Origin: a virus
Lineage: Duplodnaviria; Caudoviricetes
Direction: 5' to 3' (one strand)
Length of the DNA: 64,000 nucleotides
IMG/VR virus record: IMGVR_UViG_2868108522_000001
Coordinates: 22,546 to 86,545 of that record
The notes beneath the pieces were generated by a model, which was not told the origin of the DNA, made no database searches, and worked only from the letters and a program-made list of their open reading frames with translations. Every line of letters begins with the position of its first letter. Position 1 is the stretch's first letter. The translations under genes were made by a program, and so were the position numbers. Positions 35,098 through 43,212 of this stretch are shown here, piece by piece.

Positions 35098-36563
35098 CCC
35101 TGTCGATTCCCGAGCTGCCGCTGGTGTATCTGTCTGACGAGGAGCAGGCGCTGATCAACCTGCTGCGTGCCGACATGCTGCGGGACCGGTGGGCGCTGCA
35201 GTTGCGGGACGCCTATTTCAACGGCGAGCAGCTGATCCGCGACCTGGGAATCTCGATTCCGCCGCAGCTCAAGGGTCTGCATACGGTGATCGGCTGGCCT
35301 CGGGTGGGTGTCGAAAGCCTGGAGGAGCGCCTGGATTTGGAGGCGTTCCGGTGGGCGGACGGCTCGGATTCGTCGGAGTTGACGGAGATCGCCGAGGCGA
35401 ACGACCTGTTCGACGAGTCGTCGCTGGCTCACCTGGACGCCTTCGTGTACGGCCGGGAGTATCTGGCGGTCGGTTCGGGTGGTTGCGGAACGGATGAGTG
35501 CCCGCCGCTGATCACGGCGGAGTCGCCGTTGGACATGACGCTGATGTGGGATGCCCGCATGCGCATGGGCACCGCGGCGCTCCGCGAGTGCGCCGCCGAC
35601 TCGTACATTGAGGCGGGCCCTGAGCAGCGGATGCTGGTCCTGTATCTGCCGGACCAGACGGTGATGTGCTTGCCGTCGGAGTCGGGAGGCTGGGAGGTCG
35701 TCGACCGGGACGAGCACAAGCTCGGTGTCGTGCCGGTGGTCAGGTTGGCGAACCGGCAGCGAACTGCGGACCGGGTCGGCAAGTCGGAGATCACGCCTGA
35801 GGTCATGTCGATCACGGATGCCGCCTGTCGGCGCCTGATGGGTATCGAGGTCGCGGCCGAGTTCTTCGGGGCGCCAGCTCGCTACATTCTGGGTGCAAGC
35901 GAGTCTGCGTTCCAGGATGCAGAGGGCAACGCCAAGTCGGCGTGGGAAACGTATATCGGTCGGGTGCTCGCGCTGGAGCGGGACGAGGAAGGCAACGTGC
36001 CGGACGTAGGTACGTTCCCCGCCCATGATCCGTCCGGCCAGACGAAGATCATCGATCTGTATGCGCGGATCATGGCGTCGCAGATGTCGGTGGCCCCGCA
36101 CGTCCTCGGCTACAGCAGCGACAACCCAGCCTCCGCAGACGCGATCCGGTTCGCCGACAACCGGCAGGTGAAGAAGGCCGAGCGCCGCATCCGCCGGTTC
36201 GGTGCAGGGTGGCAGCAGGCCATGCGGCTCGCCCTGTGGATCCGTGACGGGGAGCCGCCGGACAAGACGCGTCGCATCGAAACAGTGTGGCGGAATCCGG
36301 CGACACCGACGGTGGCCGCCCAGGTGGATGCCACGGTCAAGCTGGTGCAGGCAGGCGTCCTCCCGGCGGACAGTGACGTCACCCTGGAGATGGCTGGGTT
36401 CACGGAGCCGCAGCGGCAGCGAATCGCGGCGGACCGGCGCCGTGGCGCCGGTCGGGCGGCTGGCAGCGCGCTACTCGACCGTTTCGCCGAGATCCGGGCT
36501 GGCTCGTCTACGGCGAGCACCGAGCCGTCGGAGGCCGACGGTGGCGTCGACGACCTCGGATAG
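35094..36563 (+). CDS. Portal protein (SPP1 Gp6-like)
   Basis: GWPRVGVESLEERL, HKLGVVPVV, GKSEI, NPASADAI, W.NPATPT. Confidence 0.93.
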   Translation: MTLSIPELPLVYLSDEEQALINLLRADMLRDRWALQLRDAYFNGEQLIRDLGISIPPQLKGLHTVIGWPRVGVESLEERLDLEAFRWADGSDSSELTEIAEANDLFDESSLAHLDAFVYGREYLAVGSGGCGTDECPPLITAESPLDMTLMWDARMRMGTAALRECAADSYIEAGPEQRMLVLYLPDQTVMCLPSESGGWEVVDRDEHKLGVVPVVRLANRQRTADRVGKSEITPEVMSITDAACRRLMGIEVAAEFFGAPARYILGASESAFQDAEGNAKSAWETYIGRVLALERDEEGNVPDVGTFPAHDPSGQTKIIDLYARIMASQMSVAPHVLGYSSDNPASADAIRFADNRQVKKAERRIRRFGAGWQQAMRLALWIRDGEPPDKTRRIETVWRNPATPTVAAQVDATVKLVQAGVLPADSDVTLEMAGFTEPQRQRIAADRRRGAGRAAGSALLDRFAEIRAGSSTASTEPSEADGGVDDLG

Positions 36564-37356
36564 CTCACCCGGTGTGGCCCGTTGGCGGTCCGCGCAGCAG
36601 GGCTTGACGGCTCTGCTGCTGCGGGATCTGCGAACGCTGCGGCGGCTGATCAATCCGCGCCGGTTGCAGGCGACGGTGCCCCCGTGGATCGAGGCAGTGG
36701 CCGCTGTGGTGGACCAGTACGCGGAAGTGTCGGCGGCTCTGGCCGCGGACTTCTACGACGGGCAGCGCGCAGACGCCGGTGTGCCGGACGGGTTCACGGC
36801 CCGGCTGGCGGACGCCCCGCCGGGCGAGCAGGTGGACGCGTCAATGCGGTGGGCCACGAAAGACGTATGGGACCGAGACGCCGACGTGGCGACCCCGGTG
36901 CAGCTGGAGCCGCTGGACGTCCGGCTGGAGGCCGCGTTCGTGAAGGCGGACATGGCCACACAGCGTCTTGTGGCTGATGTGGGCCGGGAGACGGTCCGTC
37001 AGGCGGTCAGGCAGGATCGGCAGGCTGTGGCGTATGCCCGGGTGGCAGCGCTCGGCGCCTGCTCCTTCTGCAAGCTCATGGCATCCCGCGGGTCGGTCTA
37101 TGCCACGGCAGAAACCGCAGGTCGGGATGCGAATGACCGGTTCTCCGGTGACGCGTCGGTGGTGAAGTTCCACAACAACTGCCACTGCGGGATCCTGCCG
37201 GTCTTCCGCGGTCAACGGTTCCAACTGTCGCCGCACGCGGCGCGCTGGGACGAGATCTACCGCGAGTACGCCCAAGGCCATCCGGGAGACCAGCTTCGCC
37301 TGTTCAGGCGGGCCCTGGCGGAGCACGACGACCATCCGCTTCCCGGATCTCACTGA
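36541..37356 (+). CDS. Minor head / capsid maturation protein (MuF-like)
   Basis: YARVA...ACSFCKLMASRG.VY...FHNNCHC..P; lies between portal and scaffold. Confidence 0.8.
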   Translation: MASTTSDSSPGVARWRSAQQGLTALLLRDLRTLRRLINPRRLQATVPPWIEAVAAVVDQYAEVSAALAADFYDGQRADAGVPDGFTARLADAPPGEQVDASMRWATKDVWDRDADVATPVQLEPLDVRLEAAFVKADMATQRLVADVGRETVRQAVRQDRQAVAYARVAALGACSFCKLMASRGSVYATAETAGRDANDRFSGDASVVKFHNNCHCGILPVFRGQRFQLSPHAARWDEIYREYAQGHPGDQLRLFRRALAEHDDHPLPGSH

Positions 37357-37419
37357 TCAACCCGGTCGCCCTGGTGGCGGCCTTCCCCTTTTCCACAGCC
37401 CCTGGAGGGCCGATTCGTC

Positions 37420-38079
37420 ATGCCCGAAGAGACCGAGACCAGCGAGCAGCAGACCGACTCCGGCACCGAGGAGACCGTCGACGAGACGGCCACCGAGGAG
37501 ACGGACGGCGCCGAGCAGCAGGAGACCGCCCAGGAGGCGGACACCGGCAGTGAGGAGAAGCCGTTCGACCGGAAGCAGGCCGAGGCAAAGATCCGCAAGG
37601 CGAACTCGGAGGCCGCGAACCTCCGCAAGCGCCTGAAGGAACAGGAGCCTCTGCTCGCCGAGCTGAAGAAGCGCAAGGACGCGGAACTCTCCGAGTCCGA
37701 GCGCCTCAACGAGCAGCTCGCTGCCGCACAGGAGCAGATCACGAAGACGCGGCAGCGGCTGGTCCGCAGCCAGGTGCAGGCCCTCGCCAGCACTGCAACC
37801 CAGGAGCGGGCGGCGTTCGCCGATCCGGCTGACGCGTTCGGCGAGCTCGACCTGGACTCGTACATCGACGACTCGGGCGACATCGACGAGCCCGCCATCG
37901 AGGCGGATCTTCAGGCGCTGTTGGAGCGCAAGCCGCACTGGGCGAAGACCCAGCCCCAGGAGGGCCCGCGGCGTCCCGCGCCGGACCGCACACAGGCGTC
38001 CGGCGCCAACAAGCAACGGCCCCTCAACCCTGCGGACGAGTTCGCGGGGTTCATGAACACGCGGCTTACGCGCCGCTGA
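37420..38079 (+). CDS. Capsid scaffolding protein
   Basis: Acidic N-terminus, coiled coil, located before the major capsid gene. Confidence 0.85.
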   Translation: MPEETETSEQQTDSGTEETVDETATEETDGAEQQETAQEADTGSEEKPFDRKQAEAKIRKANSEAANLRKRLKEQEPLLAELKKRKDAELSESERLNEQLAAAQEQITKTRQRLVRSQVQALASTATQERAAFADPADAFGELDLDSYIDDSGDIDEPAIEADLQALLERKPHWAKTQPQEGPRRPAPDRTQASGANKQRPLNPADEFAGFMNTRLTRR

Positions 38080-38091
38080 AAGAGGTAGATC

Positions 38092-39048
38092 ATGGCGGCT
38101 ACGCCTGCCCTCAAGCTGTCCGACGTCAACGATGCACTTCTGCCCCGCACTCTCGCGGGGCCGATCTTCGAAAAGTCGGTCGAATCCAGCGCGGTCATGC
38201 AGCTGGCCCGTCCGGCTCCGCTCGCCCTGGACGCGACGACCTCGGTTCCGATCCCGCTGGACGTGCCGACCGCCGACTGGGTCGGCCAGGCCGCAAGGAA
38301 GCCGCTGTCCAGCGGCGGTGTCGCGGTGAAGCAGATGCAGGCGAAGAAGGTCGCCGTGCTGATCCCGGTCGCCGAAGAGGTCGTCATGACCAACGCGGGC
38401 GGCCTGTGGACGCAGCTCCAGAAGGATCTGCCGACCGCGTTCGCCCGTGCCTTCGACCACGCGGCGATCCACGGCAAGACCATGAAGGGCGCCACCGGCC
38501 CCTTCGCCGACTACCTGGCGGCCACCGACAACGAGGTCGTCCTCGGTACGGCGCCGCGCGACGAGGGCGGCATCTGGGCCGACTTCGTCGACGGCATGGA
38601 GTTGGTCGTCGATGAGGACTGGGACTACACCGGTACCGTCGCGGACCACCGGCTGAAGCCGAAGCTGCTGCGTGCGACGGACGCGAACGGTCAGCCCATC
38701 CTGGTGGACACGCAGACGCCGGGTACGAACATGGCGGCGGCCGGCACGCTGGTTGGTGAGCCGCTCGCGTACTCCCGCAGTGTGTCGGGTAAGCAGCGTC
38801 GGCAGTCCGCCAGTACGGACACGGGCCTGCGGGCGATCGGCGGCGACTGGAGCCAGGCGGCCTACGGGATCGGCATGGACATCACCGTGCGGATCTCTAA
38901 GGAGGCGACCTACGTCGACGAGGACGGCGGCGTGCACTCTGCGTTCCAGGAGAACCTGGTGCTGCTGCTGGCGGAGGCCTACTACGGCTTCGTCATGGGC
39001 GCCGAGGACGCGTTCGTCCGCTTCACTGGCGCCGCGAGCGGTTCCTGA
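38092..39048 (+). CDS. Major capsid protein (HK97 fold)
   Basis: SAVMQLA...WVG...KK.AVL.PV..E...AFARAFD.AAIHG...GDWS...FQEN.V; ends in SGS. Confidence 0.93.
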   Translation: MAATPALKLSDVNDALLPRTLAGPIFEKSVESSAVMQLARPAPLALDATTSVPIPLDVPTADWVGQAARKPLSSGGVAVKQMQAKKVAVLIPVAEEVVMTNAGGLWTQLQKDLPTAFARAFDHAAIHGKTMKGATGPFADYLAATDNEVVLGTAPRDEGGIWADFVDGMELVVDEDWDYTGTVADHRLKPKLLRATDANGQPILVDTQTPGTNMAAAGTLVGEPLAYSRSVSGKQRRQSASTDTGLRAIGGDWSQAAYGIGMDITVRISKEATYVDEDGGVHSAFQENLVLLLAEAYYGFVMGAEDAFVRFTGAASGS

Positions 39049-40076
39049 TGGGGGCGGTCCCGGCTTCCGCGCCGGGCGGGACCGCCAAGCCGCTGCGGGT
39101 CGTGGCTCGTGTTCACGCGATGCCGCCGGAGCACAACGCTGGGGCCGAGCACATGCTCGTGTCGATGCTTCGGCCGCTGGTGGAACGTGGCCACGACGTG
39201 CAGGTGTGGCTGTCCCGCTACGGCAAGGCCCACCAGGAGTACGACTACCGCGGCATCAAGGTCGTCCCTCTGGAGTCCCGCCTGGACTTCCCGTCGGCGG
39301 TCCGCAAGGCGGACGTGCTGCTGGCGCATCTGGAGACGGTCCCATCGACGGCGTCGCTGGCCCGCGGCTACGGCAAGCCTCTGGTGGTGGTGTGCCACAA
39401 CACGCACCGGCCGACGTTCCGGGATGCTGCGGCGGGCGGGACCGCCTTGGCGGTCTACAACTCGCTCTGGATGGAGCGGGAGGCGGAGCTGTTCTTCGCC
39501 GAGTACCCGAAGGCCATCCGGCCCACCGAGTCGCTGATCGTGCGACCTCCAGTGTTCGCCGACGAGTACGCAACGAAGCCCGGCAAGGCCATCACGCTGA
39601 TCAACTGCAACCCGGAGAAGGGCGGCCGGGTCCTCAAGGCTCTCGCCGAACGGATGCCGGACCAACAGTTCCTCGCCGTGAAGGGCGCCTACGGCCAGCA
39701 GATCCTCCCCGACCTGCCCAACGTCGAAATCGTCGACCACGTCCGCGGCGAGGACATGCGGCAGCGGGTGTATACCCGCACTCGGGTGCTGCTGATGCCG
39801 TCGTCCTACGAGTCGTGGGGCCGTGCCGGCGTGGAGGCGCTCGCCAGCGGCATTCCTGTCCTGGCTCACCCAACGCCGGGCCTGTGCGAGTCCCTCGGCG
39901 AGGCCGGCATCTTCGTCGACCGAAACGACGTCGACGGCTACGAGGCGGTCCTGCGGAAGCTCGCGGCTCCTGCCGAGTACCGGCTGGCGTCGAAGCGGGC
40001 GAAGACCCGGTCCGCCGAACTGGACCCGGCTGCTGATCTGGCGGCGTGGTGTTCGGCTGTGGAGTCTCTGGCCTGA
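39048..40076 (+). CDS. GT-B (family 4) glycosyltransferase, coupled to the major capsid gene
   Basis: GAE N-terminal motif, EKGG, LLMPSSYESWGRAGVEALASGIPV (Ex7E); TGATG overlap with the capsid stop. Confidence 0.92.
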   Translation: MGAVPASAPGGTAKPLRVVARVHAMPPEHNAGAEHMLVSMLRPLVERGHDVQVWLSRYGKAHQEYDYRGIKVVPLESRLDFPSAVRKADVLLAHLETVPSTASLARGYGKPLVVVCHNTHRPTFRDAAAGGTALAVYNSLWMEREAELFFAEYPKAIRPTESLIVRPPVFADEYATKPGKAITLINCNPEKGGRVLKALAERMPDQQFLAVKGAYGQQILPDLPNVEIVDHVRGEDMRQRVYTRTRVLLMPSSYESWGRAGVEALASGIPVLAHPTPGLCESLGEAGIFVDRNDVDGYEAVLRKLAAPAEYRLASKRAKTRSAELDPAADLAAWCSAVESLA

Positions 40077-40086
40077 GGAGGGCGTG

Positions 40087-40497
40087 ATGGCATTCGTCCC
40101 TCCGACCGCGGAGCAGCTCGGCCTGTACCTCGGTCTCGGTGAGATCGACGGAGCGCGGGCGGATCTGCTTCTCGCAACGGCGATCTCGCTCTGCCAGACG
40201 ATCGTGAAGCCTCTCCCTGAGGGCGCTGAGGCGGTTGTCCTGTCGGTCGCGGGTCGTGCCTACGTGAATCCGCAGCAGGTGTCCTACGAGACGATCGGCC
40301 CGATGTCGGTGCAGCGCCCTCAGGGCTCTGGCGGCCTGTACCTGACGAAGGCCGACAAGAGTGCGCTCAAGAGTCTCGCCGGCCGGGGCGGGGCGTTCAC
40401 GATCGACCCGACACCGGCGGAGGCGGATCCGTCGCCGACGTGGCCTGTCGACGACATGGGCTTCGCCGACGAGTTCGAACCGGGCTGGGGCTACTGA
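40087..40497 (+). CDS. Head-to-tail adaptor
   Basis: RAYVNP...ETIGP...GLYLT..DK..L; position. Confidence 0.8.
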   Translation: MAFVPPTAEQLGLYLGLGEIDGARADLLLATAISLCQTIVKPLPEGAEAVVLSVAGRAYVNPQQVSYETIGPMSVQRPQGSGGLYLTKADKSALKSLAGRGGAFTIDPTPAEADPSPTWPVDDMGFADEFEPGWGY

Positions 40498-40868
40498 TGC
40501 CCGCCCCGTACCCGTTCGGGGAGACGGTGCGGATCGTCCGCACCGGCCTGTCGCCGGGCCGTAATCCTCGGGGCCAGCCGCTGCCGGGACCGGACGAGTC
40601 GTTCGACATTCCGGGCTGTGTGGTCGCGCCGAGGGCGGAGACGCCGCAGGTGGGCGGCGAGCAGCAGCAGGAGCGGGACACGGTCATCGTCGGCTGGACC
40701 GTGTATGCGCCCGCCGATCAGCCCGGTATGCCGCTCCGCACCACGGACAAGGCCCGCATCCGCGGCGTCGACTGCGACATCACCGGCGAGCCAGGCGATT
40801 GGGGCCGCTCCCCATTCACTGGCACCCGCGGCGTCGTCCAGTTCGCCGCCGACCGTGTCACCGGCTGA
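40497..40868 (+). CDS. Head-to-tail stopper
   Basis: GETV...PGCVVAP...TVYAP...GEPGDW; position. Confidence 0.8.
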   Translation: MPAPYPFGETVRIVRTGLSPGRNPRGQPLPGPDESFDIPGCVVAPRAETPQVGGEQQQERDTVIVGWTVYAPADQPGMPLRTTDKARIRGVDCDITGEPGDWGRSPFTGTRGVVQFAADRVTG

Positions 40869-40883
40869 CGGAGGGAGGCCGTC

Positions 40884-41213
40884 ATGCCTGGCAGGTTCAA
40901 GCCGAAGCGGAAGGGCATCGGGCAGATGCTGCGTATGCCTGGCATGCAGGCGGAGATGCTGCGCCGCGCCGAGGTCATCAAGGGCATCGCCGTGGCGACG
41001 TCCCCGGTCGATACGGGCAGCTACCGGCCTGGCCTGTACAAGTCGTCGTGGGAGACGGACAGTACCCGGCGTGGTGGCCGCCGCCGGGACCGCGCTGTCG
41101 CCTACGTCCGCAACCCGACCTACTACGCCCGCTGGGTGGAGTACGGCACGGAGAAGGTGCCCGCGCATCACGTGCTGCTGCGGGCAGCCCAGTTGGGTGG
41201 GCGGAACCAGTGA
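40884..41213 (+). CDS. HK97 gp10-like tail completion protein
   Basis: SPVDTG...YA.WVEYGT. Confidence 0.85.
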   Translation: MPGRFKPKRKGIGQMLRMPGMQAEMLRRAEVIKGIAVATSPVDTGSYRPGLYKSSWETDSTRRGGRRRDRAVAYVRNPTYYARWVEYGTEKVPAHHVLLRAAQLGGRNQ

Positions 41214-41602
41214 CCGTGGTCGTCGACATTGAGGGTGAGCTGATCCCTCGCGCGCAGGCCCGCTGGCCGGACGCCGTGGTCCGGGACGAGCTGGACAACG
41301 AGCTGCTCAACGAGCTGCCGACGATTCAGATCACGCAGGTTCCGGCTGGGGAGCTTGCTGCCAGCAGGCTGGCCCGAATGCTCGTCGACATCGACGTGTA
41401 CGCGGCCACCCGCCAAGCAGCGTTCGACTTGGCCCGCGAGACCGTCACGTGGGTGGAGCGGGAGCTGCGCGGCTCGACCACCAGCACGCTGACCATCGGC
41501 CGCGCCGGTGTCGTCACCCTGCCCGCCGCCCGGCCCTACGAGAACACCGCCCTGCGTCGCGTGGGCGGCACCTTCGAGATCTTCTGTCACCCGGTCTCCT
41601 GA
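41210..41602 (+). CDS. Tail terminator
   Basis: LVDIDVYA.TR..A..LA; located before the major tail gene. Confidence 0.75.
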   Translation: MTVVVDIEGELIPRAQARWPDAVVRDELDNELLNELPTIQITQVPAGELAASRLARMLVDIDVYAATRQAAFDLARETVTWVERELRGSTTSTLTIGRAGVVTLPAARPYENTALRRVGGTFEIFCHPVS

Positions 41603-41675
41603 CCGGCTGTTCGGCCCGCGCCAGGCCCTTTCAGTACCCGCCCGTGCGCGGGCTTCACGCATGTCTGGAGACATC

Positions 41676-42263
41676 ATGGTCAACATCACCCGCGCTGCGG
41701 ATCTGCTGGAGGTCGGTGCGAACGGCGCCGGCTGGACGGCGCCGTTGGGCACGACGTCGCCGGGCGATCCGGCGATCCAGCCGCTGGCGCCGTGGCTGCC
41801 TCTCGGCGCCATCTCGGACGACGGTCTGGTGCAGGGCTTCGAGGAGGACTCGGAGTCGTTCACTCCGTGGGGTCTGACGGCACCGATCCGCACGTCGATC
41901 ACCTCGTCGCTGCGGACGTTCGGGCTGACGGTGTGGGAGACGGGCCGGACGACGGTGCAGGCCCTGCAGTACCGCCTGGACACCGCGGACCTCACCCCGG
42001 TCGACGGGCTCACCTCGTTCGCGGAGACCGCGTCCCCGTCGCCGGACCGGCGGGCGTTCTGGTTCGTCGTCCTCGACGGCGACAACTTCCAGCGCGGCTT
42101 CTACTGCCCCGAGGCGGAGATCACCGAGCGGTCCGACGTGACGCACAAGCAGGATGAGGTCGCTGGCTACGAGTGGACGATCACTTGCTACCCGGACTCG
42201 GCCGGCTTCACGGTCTACCACTTCGACCGGGTGCCTGAGACCGAGGCGTACACCGGGTCCTGA
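41676..42263 (+). CDS. Major tail (tube) protein
   Basis: LGAISDDGL...PWG...EITERSDV...YEWTIT.YP; ends in TGS. Confidence 0.88.
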   Translation: MVNITRAADLLEVGANGAGWTAPLGTTSPGDPAIQPLAPWLPLGAISDDGLVQGFEEDSESFTPWGLTAPIRTSITSSLRTFGLTVWETGRTTVQALQYRLDTADLTPVDGLTSFAETASPSPDRRAFWFVVLDGDNFQRGFYCPEAEITERSDVTHKQDEVAGYEWTITCYPDSAGFTVYHFDRVPETEAYTGS

Positions 42264-42357
42264 GCTGGTGGGCGGGCCGATCACCGTCGGCGCGGGCCCG
42301 GCCCGCCCACCTTCCCCCCTTCCTTGCCCGCGCCTTTTGAGATGAGGAGCCCGCGCC

Positions 42358-42786
42358 GTGGCCAACACGAGCAGCAGCACCAGCAGGAAGCCGCGCACCG
42401 CGGCCCGTGCCGCATCCCGCCCCGCCACCCGTCGGGCGGCCGAGCCGGACGTGGAACCGGAGACCGACGACGTCGAAGTGTCGGCTGCCGAAGCCCAGGA
42501 GATCGAAGCTGACGGGTACGTCACCGCCGAACTGTGCGGGGAAGATGTGCAGGTGGTGCCGCCGTCGATGTGGCGCGCCTCCTGGCAGCGCGCCCTCAAC
42601 CAGGGGCAGATCGACACCTTCGCGCAGAAGGTGCTCCACCCGGACGACTACGAGTACTACCTCGAGGTCGACCCGACGATGAACGAGTGGGTGGCGTTCG
42701 TCGAGGACGCGAGCGCCCGGTCGGGGGAGCCGCTGGGAAAGTCCAGGGGACGGTCGCGATCTGGCGGACGCACCCGGAGGCGGTAG
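42358..42786 (+). CDS. Tail assembly chaperone (gpG-like)
   Basis: Lies between the major tail and tape measure genes; carries a slippery site. Confidence 0.8.
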   Translation: MANTSSSTSRKPRTAARAASRPATRRAAEPDVEPETDDVEVSAAEAQEIEADGYVTAELCGEDVQVVPPSMWRASWQRALNQGQIDTFAQKVLHPDDYEYYLEVDPTMNEWVAFVEDASARSGEPLGKSRGRSRSGGRTRRR

Positions 42787-43190
42787 AAGCCGACCTTCAG
42801 GACCGCCAGTACGACATCGCGGACGTCCTCACAGGGCGGCGGTCGTGGCGGTGGCTGCGGGTGCTCATCGAGCACCTGCCGCCCGAATCACACACCATGA
42901 CCGCCCTCCGCAACGAGCTCACGCCGGAGCAGTTGGCGGCCCAGGCGGACAAGGGTGAGCCGGAGAAGGCTCCCTGGTCGCAGCAGGAGCAACTCCTCGC
43001 CGCCGCGGTGGACGCGGTACGCCGCCTGGAGTGGACGCTGATCTGCCTGAACGTCGACAAGAAGTCGAAGCGGCCGGATCCACCGGAGCCGATGCGCCGG
43101 CCCGGGGCGGGGCCGCGGAAGAAGAAGGCCACGCTCACGAAGACGTCGGCAAACACCCTGTTCGAGCTGCTGCAAGGGGGCGCCGCATAG
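42735..43190 (+). other. Programmed -1 frameshift (G GGA AAG, 42735-42741) giving the gpGT chaperone ending at 43190
   Basis: Lambda-type slippery heptamer in frame; the -1 frame is open to 43190. Confidence 0.85.
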
Positions 43191-43212
43191 GGGCGCTGGG
43201 AGGAGGCTCCTG

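Noticed and set aside
42735-42741. Frameshift in the tail chaperone as a novelty or pseudogene
   Set aside because: This is the canonical programmed -1 frameshift of long-tailed phages
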